NCBI GenBank assembly: GCA_030690305.1
Contig: JAUYHB010000022.1
Span: 1-63,326, forward strand
DNA length: 63,326 nucleotides
Direction: 5' to 3'
From: a bacterium
GTDB lineage: Bacteria; Patescibacteriota; Minisyncoccia; Phycocordibacterales; JAGLPS01
The notes beneath the pieces are model-generated. The model saw only the letters and a program-made list of their open reading frames with translations. It was not told the DNA's origin and did no database searches. Shown one piece after another: positions 36,378 to 44,773 of this stretch (position 1 is the stretch's first letter; each line of letters starts with the position of its first letter). The position numbers and the translations under genes are program-made.

Positions 36378-37646
36378 ATGCTTGATATAAAATTCATTCG
36401 CGACAACAAAGGCCTGATTGCCGCAGGCGCGCTCAAAAAACACATCGATTTTGATGTGGAAGCCCTTCTTGCGGCCGATGACAAGCGCCGGGAGCTTTTA
36501 AAAGATGTCGAGGAGAAACGAAGCCAGCAAAATGCTTTTAATTCAAAAATAACGGGAGCGAAAGACCCGGAAGAACGCCAAAAATATATAGACGCGATGA
36601 AAATTCTCAAAGCGGCGCTTGAAGGGGAAGAGAAAAAACTCAAGGATGTGATGAAAGACTGGCAGCACCTGATGCTCTCCGTTCCGAATATTCCCGATAT
36701 TTCCGTTCCCGAGGGCGAAAGCGACAAGGACAACAGGGAAGTGAGAACGTGGGGGGAAAAACCGAAATTTTCTTTCACGCCGAAAAGCCACATTGAACTT
36801 ATGGAAGCGCTTGATTTGGTTGATACGAAAAAAGGTTCCGAAATCGCTGGCTTCCGCGGATATTATTTGAAAGGGGACGGAGCGCTTCTTTCCTTCGCGC
36901 TCTGGCAATTCACGCTTGAACTTCTGACCGGCAAAGGATTTCGTCCGATGATCGTGCCGTCGCTTCTGCGCAAGGAAGCCTTTCTCGGAACGGGATATTT
37001 GCCGCAAGGGGAAGAAGACTTATACAAAACCCAGGACGAAACATATCTTGCCGGCACTGGAGAAGTTGCTGCCATGGGTTACTTCATGGATACGGTGTTT
37101 GATAAAAAAGATTTACCCATAAAAATCGCTGCATTTTCTCCGTGTTTCCGAAGGGAAGCGGGCGCGCACGGAAAAGATACCGCCGGAATCTATCGCTTGC
37201 ACGAATTTTTCAAACTTGAACAAGTCATACTGTGCGAAGCGAACCACGAAACATCGGTTATATTTCACGAAGAAATTTTGGCGAACGCGGAATCTCTTAT
37301 GCAGTCTCTCGGTCTTCCGTATCGTGTTGTCGCAAACTGTGGAGGCGACTTGGGACTGGGACAAGTAAAAAAATACGATATAGAAAGTTGGAGGCCGTCT
37401 CTTTCTTTGTACGGCGAAACTCATTCGGCCTCATATTTTCATGATTTCCAATCCCGCCGTCTCAACATCAAATACAAAGACGCCGACGGGAAAACAAATT
37501 TTGTTCACTCGCTTAACAATACCGCGGTGGCCACACCACGCATTCTCATCAGCTTGTTGGAAAACAATCAACAGGAAGACGGAACCGTCAGCATCCCCGA
37601 ACCGTTGAGAAAGTATATGGGTGGCCGGGAGTACATCGGAAAATAA
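36378..37646 (+). CDS. serS: Seryl-tRNA synthetase
   Basis: N-terminal coiled-coil arm and class II motifs (FRREAG, GLGQVKKYDIE, SLNNTAVATPR). Confidence 0.95.
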   Translation: MLDIKFIRDNKGLIAAGALKKHIDFDVEALLAADDKRRELLKDVEEKRSQQNAFNSKITGAKDPEERQKYIDAMKILKAALEGEEKKLKDVMKDWQHLMLSVPNIPDISVPEGESDKDNREVRTWGEKPKFSFTPKSHIELMEALDLVDTKKGSEIAGFRGYYLKGDGALLSFALWQFTLELLTGKGFRPMIVPSLLRKEAFLGTGYLPQGEEDLYKTQDETYLAGTGEVAAMGYFMDTVFDKKDLPIKIAAFSPCFRREAGAHGKDTAGIYRLHEFFKLEQVILCEANHETSVIFHEEILANAESLMQSLGLPYRVVANCGGDLGLGQVKKYDIESWRPSLSLYGETHSASYFHDFQSRRLNIKYKDADGKTNFVHSLNNTAVATPRILISLLENNQQEDGTVSIPEPLRKYMGGREYIGK

Positions 37647-37653
37647 AACGACC

Positions 37654-38463
37654 ATGTTCAAACGACGGGCGCTGCACTCGGTTCGCCGGGCGCAGAAAAG
37701 AAAAAAAGAACTGACAGCCAGGGTGCTCTTTATCGTTTTTCTTGTTGCGGCGATTTCCGCTTCCACTGTTTTTATTTTACGAAACGATTTTTTTCTTCTT
37801 CGCACGGTGACTTTTGAAGGCAATACGGTAACGACCGATGAGGAACTGACACGTGCCGTGTTTGAGAGTCTGAAGGGAACATATATAAGATTTATTCCGC
37901 AACAAAACGTACTTCTGTATCCCAAAGAAAAAATAGAGCCGTATCTGCTTTCCGCATTTCCGCGCCTTGAGCGTGTGTCCGTCCGTTTGTCGGGAACAGA
38001 CTCGCTTGCGATTACACTCGCTGAGCGCGCGCCATCCGCCATGTGGTGCGGGGAAAGCAAAACAAATTCTGTGCCATGTTACTTTGTCGACAAGTGGGGT
38101 TTCATATTTTCCATTGCGCCGGAGTTTTCTTCTTCGGACGTGTATGTCAAATATTACGGGGCGGTTTCCGAAAGTCCTCTCGGGCAAACGTTTCTTCCGG
38201 ATTCCTTTTCCCGCGTCGATTCCTTCGTCCAGTCCCTGCGGCAGATAAACCTTTCTCCGGTCACGTGCTCAATCGACGAAAAGGGCGATGGGGTTATCGC
38301 TTTGGAAAATAAAAGCGAATTGTTATTCAACCCATCGGAGGATTTGTCTGTGACATTTGAAAACCTGACGTCGTTCCTGCGGGAGAATCAAAAAGAATTT
38401 TCGCAAAAACCGTTTACCTACATTGATCTTCGGTTCGGAAACAAGATTTTTTATAAGCCCTGA
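37654..38463 (+). CDS. FtsQ/DivIB-like cell division protein (TM + POTRA)
   Basis: ATG 37654. One TM segment, then a POTRA-like stretch LLRTVTFEGNTVTTDEEL. Confidence 0.55.
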   Translation: MFKRRALHSVRRAQKRKKELTARVLFIVFLVAAISASTVFILRNDFFLLRTVTFEGNTVTTDEELTRAVFESLKGTYIRFIPQQNVLLYPKEKIEPYLLSAFPRLERVSVRLSGTDSLAITLAERAPSAMWCGESKTNSVPCYFVDKWGFIFSIAPEFSSSDVYVKYYGAVSESPLGQTFLPDSFSRVDSFVQSLRQINLSPVTCSIDEKGDGVIALENKSELLFNPSEDLSVTFENLTSFLRENQKEFSQKPFTYIDLRFGNKIFYKP

Positions 38464-38508
38464 CAATTAACACAGGAAGCTTTGTAGACGAGGTATAATA
38501 AAAGTACT

Positions 38509-38895
38509 GTGCGTACCTTACTCGCATTTATTCCCCAATACCTTTTGTGGCATTACACCCGTGCCCTGCGGGAAATGTTTTCGGTGTTCGGGAACTTCAT
38601 GTGGTTTCTCTACAACTATTTTTCCATTCCGCTTCTTGTAAAGACGTTTCTCTCTCCTTTTGAGCGTCTTGGGGAAGAATACAAAAAAGGTCTCAATATC
38701 GAAGCAATGCTCGGTACGTTCGTTATCAATACGATTATGCGTCTTGTCGGAGTGATAATGCGGGCTCTCGTCATTGTTGGAGGACTTTTCGCCCTGGTGC
38801 TGCTTTCCGCCGTATATGTGGGCGCATTTGCCTTGTGGCTTGCCATGCCGTTTCTGGTGCCGTTTCTTTTGATAGCCGGTTTTGTCGGGATATAG
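38509..38895 (+). CDS. Small multi-pass membrane protein
   Basis: GTG start 9 nt after TATAAT (38494-38499). 3-4 TM helices. Its stop lies 3 nt before the next ATG. Confidence 0.45.
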   Translation: MRTLLAFIPQYLLWHYTRALREMFSVFGNFMWFLYNYFSIPLLVKTFLSPFERLGEEYKKGLNIEAMLGTFVINTIMRLVGVIMRALVIVGGLFALVLLSAVYVGAFALWLAMPFLVPFLLIAGFVGI

Positions 38896-38898
38896 GAT

Positions 38899-41298
38899 AT
38901 GACATGGAAACAATTACAACAGAATACGCGTCCGTTTTATCCCGCGATTTTTATTGAGGAAATTTTTCCGAAAACTATTCGCACGTTTACGGTAATTATT
39001 TCTTCCATTGCTGTTCTTTTTCTTGTTTTTTCTTTTGCATTCGGTCTTAACTCTTCCGATGACACCGCGCTGCAGTCCATTTTTATTTTTCTTGCTATTT
39101 TTCTTCTCTCTTTCATGCTCCACGCGTTTTGTTTTTCATATACGCTTCGTGAATTCGGAACCGTGCTTCCCGAACGGGGAATTACTCCGGAGCGACTTTC
39201 CGTGTCATATGACGTCGCTTCGGTTGTGTATAAAACAAATCAGCATGATGTAACACGAGGATTCCTTTCTTCTCCCTGCGGTAGGGAAATAATGTCTCGC
39301 CTCGGTGTAGCCCCGCATGACGTATCGATGTTTCTTAAAACACGCTCATCGCACGTAGGGGGTATGGAACTTTCTTTCACCGACGCGGTAAGGCTAAGTG
39401 AATACGCGCGAGTTCTGTATTCCTCCGACCCCGATTTTTCCCGATTTCTTTTTTCAAAAAACATTCAAGAAAACGAATTTGTCGGCGCGGCCGCGTGGGT
39501 GGGACATATTCACGAACTTGTCCGAAGGCGGCAGCGTTGGTGGGGCAAAGAACATCTCGGGCGCATCAAGGGCATCGGTAAAGATTGGTCATACGGTAAA
39601 ACGTATGCGCTTGACCGATACGCGCGTGGAGTGGCTCCCGTATCGGGAAACGAATCCCGTTACGGTGAAGAAATAAAGGCACTTGAAACCATTCTCTCGC
39701 GTTCTCAGGAAGCGAATGCTTTGCTTATCGGTGAAGAGGGTATGGGGAAAATGGAAGTTGTCGGCTTGCTTGAAGGAAGACTTGAAAACAAAACCGTTTT
39801 TCCTCCTCTTGAACATAAGCGCATGGTCATACTCGACACCGGGGCTTTGATCGCGGTCAATGGAGACAAGGCGAGCTTTGAAGGAGAAATAATTAAAATT
39901 TTTCGCCAATCGGTTAAAGCGGGCAACATCATTCTTGTCATTCCCGACTTTCCTTCTTTTATTAAAAACGCGATTTCCCTGGGAAGTGATGCCATTGCTT
40001 TGATGGACCCGTACATTGCGTCTCCGGACATTCAAGTCATCGCCCTTTCCGGACTGTCTCAATTTCACCAAGTGGTTGAACGTGACAGCCGCATCTCCCG
40101 CCGATTTGAAACGATTCTCGTGAAAGAAAGCAGTGGCGCGGGTATCGTGCGGCTTCTCGAAGAAAAAATCATTGAGGTGGAAAAAGAAGAAAAAATCGGT
40201 TTTACATACCAGGCCCTTTCCACGCTCGTGCGGGGCGTTGAGCGATACATAACGGATGGCATTCTCTCGGAAAAAGCACTCGACCTTCTGTATGAAATAG
40301 TTCCGACGGTCAAACGCTCCGGAAAAAAAGTCGTTGAAGAAAAAGACGTACTTGCCCTCATTGAAGAAAAGACGGGAATCCCGACGGGAGAAATCGGCAT
40401 TAAAGAACGTGAGCACCTCAAAAAATTGGAAACCCTTCTTCATAAGCGCATTGTGGGCCAGGACATCGCGGTCTCTGCCGTCTCTTCCGCAATGAAGCGT
40501 GCCCGTTCGGGCATCATCAATCCCGACAGACCAACGGGCTCGTTTCTGTTCCTCGGTCCCACTGGTGTTGGTAAAACGGAAACCGCCAAGGCACTTGCCG
40601 AAGTCTTTTTCGGCGATGAAAACAAAATGACGCGTCTTGATATGTCCGAATACAACGGGGGGGACGCGCTCGACAAACTTATCGGTTCGTTCACGACGGG
40701 AACCGCGGGCGTTCTTTCATCCCTGATTCGAGAACGGCCGTACGGCGTGCTTTTGCTTGATGAGTTTGAAAAAGCCCACAACGAAGTGCACGATTTGTTT
40801 CTGCAAATTCTTGATGAGGGAATGTTTTCCGACATGTTTGGCAAGCGGATAAACGCAAGAAATCTTATCATTATCGCGACCTCAAATGCCGGTAGCGATA
40901 TTATTTGGAATTTGATGAAAGAAGGGAAGCGTCTTGTGGACGAAAAGGATTCGATTATCGACACGCTTATCCAAAACAAATTGTTCCGTCCCGAACTCCT
41001 CAACCGCTTTGACGCCATTGTTTTGTTCCATCCGCTTGAACGGGAACATTTGGAAAAAATCGGCGGGCTCATGCTTCAAAAGTTACGCAAGCGTTTGTAC
41101 GAACAGGGAATAGACCTTGTCATTACTCCGATTCTCATCGATTACCTTGTGCAAAAAGGAAGCGACCCGAAATTCGGAGCACGGCCTCTCAACCGTGCCA
41201 TGCAGGAAAAAATAGAAAAAGTCATTGCTGAAAAAATGATAGCGGGCACATTGCCGCCCGGCTCGAAGATTGAATTGACCGAGCAAGACCTCCTCTAA
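38899..41298 (+). CDS. Membrane-anchored Clp/Hsp100-family AAA+ protein (degenerate D1, intact D2)
   Basis: Two N-terminal TM helices. D1 has Walker A GEEGMGKM and lacks the DE Walker B (VIPDF). D2 is canonical ([33 protein letters not shown]). Confidence 0.8.
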   Translation: MTWKQLQQNTRPFYPAIFIEEIFPKTIRTFTVIISSIAVLFLVFSFAFGLNSSDDTALQSIFIFLAIFLLSFMLHAFCFSYTLREFGTVLPERGITPERLSVSYDVASVVYKTNQHDVTRGFLSSPCGREIMSRLGVAPHDVSMFLKTRSSHVGGMELSFTDAVRLSEYARVLYSSDPDFSRFLFSKNIQENEFVGAAAWVGHIHELVRRRQRWWGKEHLGRIKGIGKDWSYGKTYALDRYARGVAPVSGNESRYGEEIKALETILSRSQEANALLIGEEGMGKMEVVGLLEGRLENKTVFPPLEHKRMVILDTGALIAVNGDKASFEGEIIKIFRQSVKAGNIILVIPDFPSFIKNAISLGSDAIALMDPYIASPDIQVIALSGLSQFHQVVERDSRISRRFETILVKESSGAGIVRLLEEKIIEVEKEEKIGFTYQALSTLVRGVERYITDGILSEKALDLLYEIVPTVKRSGKKVVEEKDVLALIEEKTGIPTGEIGIKEREHLKKLETLLHKRIVGQDIAVSAVSSAMKRARSGIINPDRPTGSFLFLGPTGVGKTETAKALAEVFFGDENKMTRLDMSEYNGGDALDKLIGSFTTGTAGVLSSLIRERPYGVLLLDEFEKAHNEVHDLFLQILDEGMFSDMFGKRINARNLIIIATSNAGSDIIWNLMKEGKRLVDEKDSIIDTLIQNKLFRPELLNRFDAIVLFHPLEREHLEKIGGLMLQKLRKRLYEQGIDLVITPILIDYLVQKGSDPKFGARPLNRAMQEKIEKVIAEKMIAGTLPPGSKIELTEQDLL

Positions 41299-41304
41299 AA
41301 AACC

Positions 41305-41333
41305 TTGCTTTAAGCACCTTTTTGTGTTATAAA
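41305..41333 (+). promoter_or_regulatory. Sigma70-type promoter of 41379..41906
   Basis: TTGCTT, 17 nt spacer, TATAAA, with TGt immediately upstream of the -10. Confidence 0.55.
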
Positions 41334-41378
41334 GCGAGACAGATTTTTGTTTTTGAAAACCACATCAAGGAGGGAAAT

Positions 41379-41906
41379 ATGTCCTACATGAGAAACATTT
41401 TGGAAAGAGCACCCGTAGTCAGACGCGGTGGAAAGGTTAAAAGTTTTGGGAAATTTCTTAAAGTGGTACAGATGTCCTGGAGCTTCATGCGTTTTGGTAA
41501 AGAGGAAACAATGAAAGGGGCTAAACTTGCCCGCGCGTTGTGCGACTTGGAGATCGACCCTTTCACCGAAAGGTCTGTCGACAATTACAGGCACATACGA
41601 ATCGTCAACCTCTTTTCGAAACTGCGCGATGCCGGCGTCATTAAATACTGGCAACCTTCATACGAGGTCAAATCAACGGTGTACCCAGACAGGTTTACGC
41701 GGGTGGGTGAATTCTCCGCCTTTGTGGAGAAAATAAAACCCCGTCTGCCTGGTGCGAAGTTTGTTGTAGAAGAAGTCCGGATGGGGGATTTGACCGTCAT
41801 TCAATTATTTTTCGTAGCGTATGGAAGCAAGAAATTTTGCCTCGAAGCATGCGAAGAATTGAAAGAACTCAGGCAGGTGCTTGAGTCAAAAAAAGTGGAA
41901 CTTTAA
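41379..41906 (+). CDS. Hypothetical protein, paralog pair member 1 (175 aa)
   Basis: ATG preceded by AAGGAGGG. Its C-terminal block LPGAKFVVEEVRMGDLTVIQLFFVAYGSKKFCLEACEE aligns with LPKAKFLIETLEMFGTPLTSLLLIAQGDKKFYLHVFEE of the next gene. Confidence 0.6.
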   Translation: MSYMRNILERAPVVRRGGKVKSFGKFLKVVQMSWSFMRFGKEETMKGAKLARALCDLEIDPFTERSVDNYRHIRIVNLFSKLRDAGVIKYWQPSYEVKSTVYPDRFTRVGEFSAFVEKIKPRLPGAKFVVEEVRMGDLTVIQLFFVAYGSKKFCLEACEELKELRQVLESKKVEL

Positions 41907-41916
41907 TGTCTGTTAC

Positions 41917-41950
41917 AAAACCCCGTCAGCCTAAGGCTAACGGGGTTTTT
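41917..41950 (+). terminator. Intrinsic terminator
   Basis: AAAACCCCGTCAGCC-taa-GGCTAACGGGGTTTT. Confidence 0.75.
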
Positions 41951-41970
41951 CTTTTGTAAAAATTTTTTTG

Positions 41971-41979
41971 TGCTATAAA
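41971..41979 (+). promoter_or_regulatory. Extended -10 box TGCTATAAA of 42021..42557
   Basis: TGCTATAAA, followed by SD AAAGGAGGGG and the ATG. Confidence 0.5.
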
Positions 41980-42020
41980 TAGGGGAGAAACGACGTTCTT
42001 TACAATGAAAGGAGGGGATT

Positions 42021-42557
42021 ATGTCTCATCCGAAAGACCTGTTGGAAAGAAAGTGTCTTTCCGAGTACTGCCAGACGGTGCATGGCTATGCGAAAGTGAA
42101 AGAAGGTGTAAAGATTTTTTTCCACCTGCTTTTCTTTGGACCCCGAGCTGTTTCCGATGGTGTCGAGCTTGTCCGCGGACTCACCGATTTAAAAGTGCAC
42201 ATACTGACGTTTGAGTCGGTGGAAAAATACAAAGAGGCGCTCATTGAAAATTTTTTCGATGGCGCGAAAACGCTTGACTTATACGCGGAGCACAAGTATC
42301 CGCAGCCGGAAGAGACGTTCAGTCGCATTGAAGACATGATATGCGACTATTTTCCCGAACCTCTCAAGACGATAAGAACATCCCTTCCGAAAGCAAAATT
42401 TCTTATTGAAACACTTGAAATGTTCGGTACCCCGCTCACCAGTCTTCTTCTCATCGCTCAGGGCGATAAAAAGTTTTATCTTCATGTTTTTGAAGAGGAA
42501 CTCATGGTTCAGAGAGTGGTAAGCCGTGCTTCCGGTCATATTGCCCCGTCTTTTTAG
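42021..42557 (+). CDS. Hypothetical protein, paralog pair member 2 (178 aa)
   Basis: Strong SD. Shares its C-terminal block with 41379..41906. Confidence 0.6.
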   Translation: MSHPKDLLERKCLSEYCQTVHGYAKVKEGVKIFFHLLFFGPRAVSDGVELVRGLTDLKVHILTFESVEKYKEALIENFFDGAKTLDLYAEHKYPQPEETFSRIEDMICDYFPEPLKTIRTSLPKAKFLIETLEMFGTPLTSLLLIAQGDKKFYLHVFEEELMVQRVVSRASGHIAPSF

Positions 42558-42575
42558 GAAGGCGGGGTTTTTTAT
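42543..42575 (+). terminator. Intrinsic terminator
   Basis: CCCCG-tctttttaggaagg-CGGGGTTTTTT. Confidence 0.6.
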
Positions 42576-42607
42576 ATTAAGGAATTCTATCTTTTCTTTT
42601 CGTTTTC

Positions 42608-42635
42608 TTGACATAATTTTAGGGTATGCTATAAT
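42608..42635 (+). promoter_or_regulatory. Near-consensus sigma70 promoter
   Basis: TTGACA (42608-42613), 16 nt spacer, TATAAT (42630-42635), with TGc extended -10. Confidence 0.7.
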
Positions 42636-42688
42636 TAATGTTGTAAAGCTCTTTGCAACCCACTTTTCAGGAAAGGAGGCTCAACTCC

Positions 42689-42748
42689 ATGGCGAAAGTC
42701 AATCGCGCGAAAAAGCGTAACCGAAAGAAACCATTGACCCGATCGTGA
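42689..42748 (+). CDS. Candidate 19-aa Lys/Arg-rich micropeptide MAKVNRAKKRNRKKPLTRS
   Basis: AGGAGG (42674-42679), 9 nt, ATG. Below the ORF-track size cutoff. It lies at the 5' end of a promoter-to-terminator unit. Confidence 0.3.
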   Translation: MAKVNRAKKRNRKKPLTRS

Positions 42749-42882
42749 TCGCGTCCCGGCCAGCTCCCAAGCAATAGTGCTTGGGAGTAATCTTCCAGAC
42801 GAAAGGTCGTCTATGCCATTCTTCTGACGCAAAAAGTTGGAACTTCTTTTCCTCTCAATATAAGTTAAGGGGAAGCCACGGA

Positions 42883-42918
42883 GGGCCTGTCTCATTTTTT
42901 GAGACAGGCCCTATTTTT
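42883..42918 (+). terminator. Intrinsic terminator of the 42642-42918 transcript
   Basis: GGGCCTGTCTC-atttttt-GAGACAGGCCC followed by TATTTTT. Confidence 0.8.
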
Positions 42919-42946
42919 ATACTTCGGAACTTATTGTAATGTTATT

Positions 42947-43123
42947 GTGATTGCGGAGAATACCCCGACGGCTTGCCGCGGGGATGAATCCGCAAGTAGA
43001 AAATGTATCGGCGGAGCCGACACATCTACAACAAAGTCTACCCCGATGCCTCGCCTAATACCCCGCCGAGGTACTCCGAGGGAACAGTTTACTGCGGGGA
43101 TAAGACGAGGCTAAACTTTATCT
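42947..43123 (+). repeat. Structured repeat locus B: M4 hairpin in inverted orientation (42947-42999) plus M5 (43008-43123)
   Basis: The M4 interior GAATACCCCGACGGCTTGCCGCGGGGATGAA is the reverse complement of the locus A interior, with 3 differences. M5 shares TCGGCGGAGCCGACAC.TCTACAACAAAGT...GCCTCGCC.AATACCCCG...AAACTTTAT with 13213-13310. Confidence 0.8.
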
Positions 43124-43125
43124 CA

Positions 43126-44208
43126 ATGAATCAAGGATTTTGGAAAAAACTAAAAAAGCCGATAATGGTGCTCGCACCTATGGCCGATGTTACGGACGCG
43201 GCGTTTCGCCGCATCATTGCCAAATACGGCAAACCCCCCGTAATGTGGACGGAATTTGTTTCTGCTGACGGGTTGTTTTTGGGCGGGAAAGACGCGCTTC
43301 TCCAAGACCTCGCATTTACCAAAGCGGAAAAACCCATTGTCGCGCAATTTTTTACCGCCAAACCCGACATGATGAAGAAAGCGGCGCAGCTTGCAGTCAA
43401 ACTCGGTTTTGACGGTATTGATATTAATATGGGATGCCCGGACAGAAGCATTGAAAAGCAAGGCGCGGGCGCGGCTCTTATGAAAACTCCCGCGCTCGCG
43501 CGGGAGGTTCTTCGTGCCGCAATAGAGGGGGCAGGGAAATTACCTGTGTCCGTCAAAACCCGCATCGGCTATAAAATAAACGAACTTGAAACTTGGCTTC
43601 CGGAACTGCTTGCAGAATCTCCCGCCATGATAACTATCCATGCCCGCACACGGAAAGAAATGTCCGACGTGCCCGCGCATTGGGATTCGGTTAAGCGCGC
43701 TGTTGAAATCCGCGATAGTCTAAAAAGCGAAACGCTTATTTTCGGAAACGGGGACGTTCTTGATATTGCCGATGCCAAGGAAAAGGCAAAAGAGGCGGGA
43801 GCGGACGGAGTAATGCTCGGACGCGCTATTTTTGGAAATCCGTGGCTCTTCGCACCTTTGCATAAAGGTGCGAAGAGCCCTGAGCCCCTCGGTGCTGAGT
43901 CTCAGGACGAAGCGCAAAGTCGAAGGGCAGGTGAATCCCTCGATAAGACTCGGGACGAAATCGGCGCTTTATACAAACCGTCGATTTCGGAAAAACTGAC
44001 GGTGATGGTGGAGCACACCAAACTGTTTGAAAAATTGTTCAAAGGCAAAAAGAATTTCGCCATAATGAAAAAACACTATAAAGCCTATGCTCACGGCTTT
44101 GAGGGAGCAAAGGAGCTACGTATGCGGCTTATGGAAGCGAAGGACGCGAAAGAAGTGGAAAAAGTCACAAAACACTACCTTAAAACTGGGGCAATGCTTT
44201 CTATATAA
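43126..44208 (+). CDS. dus: tRNA-dihydrouridine synthase
   Basis: MVLAPMADVTDAAFRR, GFDGIDINMGCP and TIHARTR. Start set at ATG 43126, because the track extension from 43003 reads through repeat module M5. Confidence 0.85.
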   Translation: MNQGFWKKLKKPIMVLAPMADVTDAAFRRIIAKYGKPPVMWTEFVSADGLFLGGKDALLQDLAFTKAEKPIVAQFFTAKPDMMKKAAQLAVKLGFDGIDINMGCPDRSIEKQGAGAALMKTPALAREVLRAAIEGAGKLPVSVKTRIGYKINELETWLPELLAESPAMITIHARTRKEMSDVPAHWDSVKRAVEIRDSLKSETLIFGNGDVLDIADAKEKAKEAGADGVMLGRAIFGNPWLFAPLHKGAKSPEPLGAESQDEAQSRRAGESLDKTRDEIGALYKPSISEKLTVMVEHTKLFEKLFKGKKNFAIMKKHYKAYAHGFEGAKELRMRLMEAKDAKEVEKVTKHYLKTGAMLSI

Positions 44209-44211
44209 ACC

Positions 44212-44240
44212 TTGACATATCCCTTTTTTGTATGTATAAA
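44212..44240 (+). promoter_or_regulatory. Sigma70-type promoter of 44289..44669
   Basis: TTGACA, 17 nt spacer, TATAAA. Confidence 0.65.
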
Positions 44241-44288
44241 GTAAGAAGGAGTGTACTTTTTAAAAATCACAGAAGAAAGGAGCGGGAT

Positions 44289-44669
44289 ATGCCGGGAGTT
44301 TTTCCAAAAGAAAATGTACCCGTCGGACAAAGACGATGGATATGTCCGTTATGTGGCAGTATCATATTGCTTCCTCAAGGCTACGACGGCCTTGTGAAGT
44401 TTGGCTGTTGCGAAAAGGTTTTCGATATTCGACCCGCGTATGTCCACCCGAGGCCGCTGAGACTTACCGCCCGGGATTGCGTATGCGGGAAAACTATCTT
44501 TACCCTCTCACGGCATTCCGGTTTCATCAAAACGAAATGTTGCGGAAGAATTTTTTTAATCCGTCCCGACGACTCGGCACTTTTGTCCGGGGAAAGTATT
44601 CCGAAAGGGGAGGAACTTTTAGACCTTAAGAAATTCACGTATCATCGTGTTGTGCCCGCCGCAGTATGA
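44289..44669 (+). CDS. Tandem zinc-ribbon-like hypothetical protein (126 aa)
   Basis: SD AAAGGAG. Internal duplication: CPLCGS-x16-CCEKVFDIRP and CVCGK-x16-CCGRIFLIRP. Confidence 0.55.
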   Translation: MPGVFPKENVPVGQRRWICPLCGSIILLPQGYDGLVKFGCCEKVFDIRPAYVHPRPLRLTARDCVCGKTIFTLSRHSGFIKTKCCGRIFLIRPDDSALLSGESIPKGEELLDLKKFTYHRVVPAAV

Positions 44670-44692
44670 AAATACTGCGGCGTGTTTTTTTT
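44657..44692 (+). terminator. Intrinsic terminator (copy 1 of a duplicated terminator)
   Basis: CGCCGCAGTA-tgaaaa-TACTGCGGCG followed by a T-run. The gene's stop codon lies in the loop. Confidence 0.8.
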
Positions 44693-44719
44693 GACATCCT
44701 TGGTTTTTTGTACTATTAT
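44691..44719 (+). promoter_or_regulatory. Sigma70-type promoter of 44774..45049
   Basis: TTGACA, 17 nt spacer, TATTAT. Confidence 0.65.
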
Positions 44720-44773
44720 TGCCTTTAAGCCACGGATAATGTTCTTTGTATAAAACGGAAAGGAGGTAACCCT

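Noticed and set aside
42635-42895. 86-aa ORF on the minus strand, opposite the micropeptide/sRNA unit.
   Set aside because: It has no promoter or RBS on that strand and runs against a consensus promoter-terminator pair. Its start would lie inside the terminator stem.
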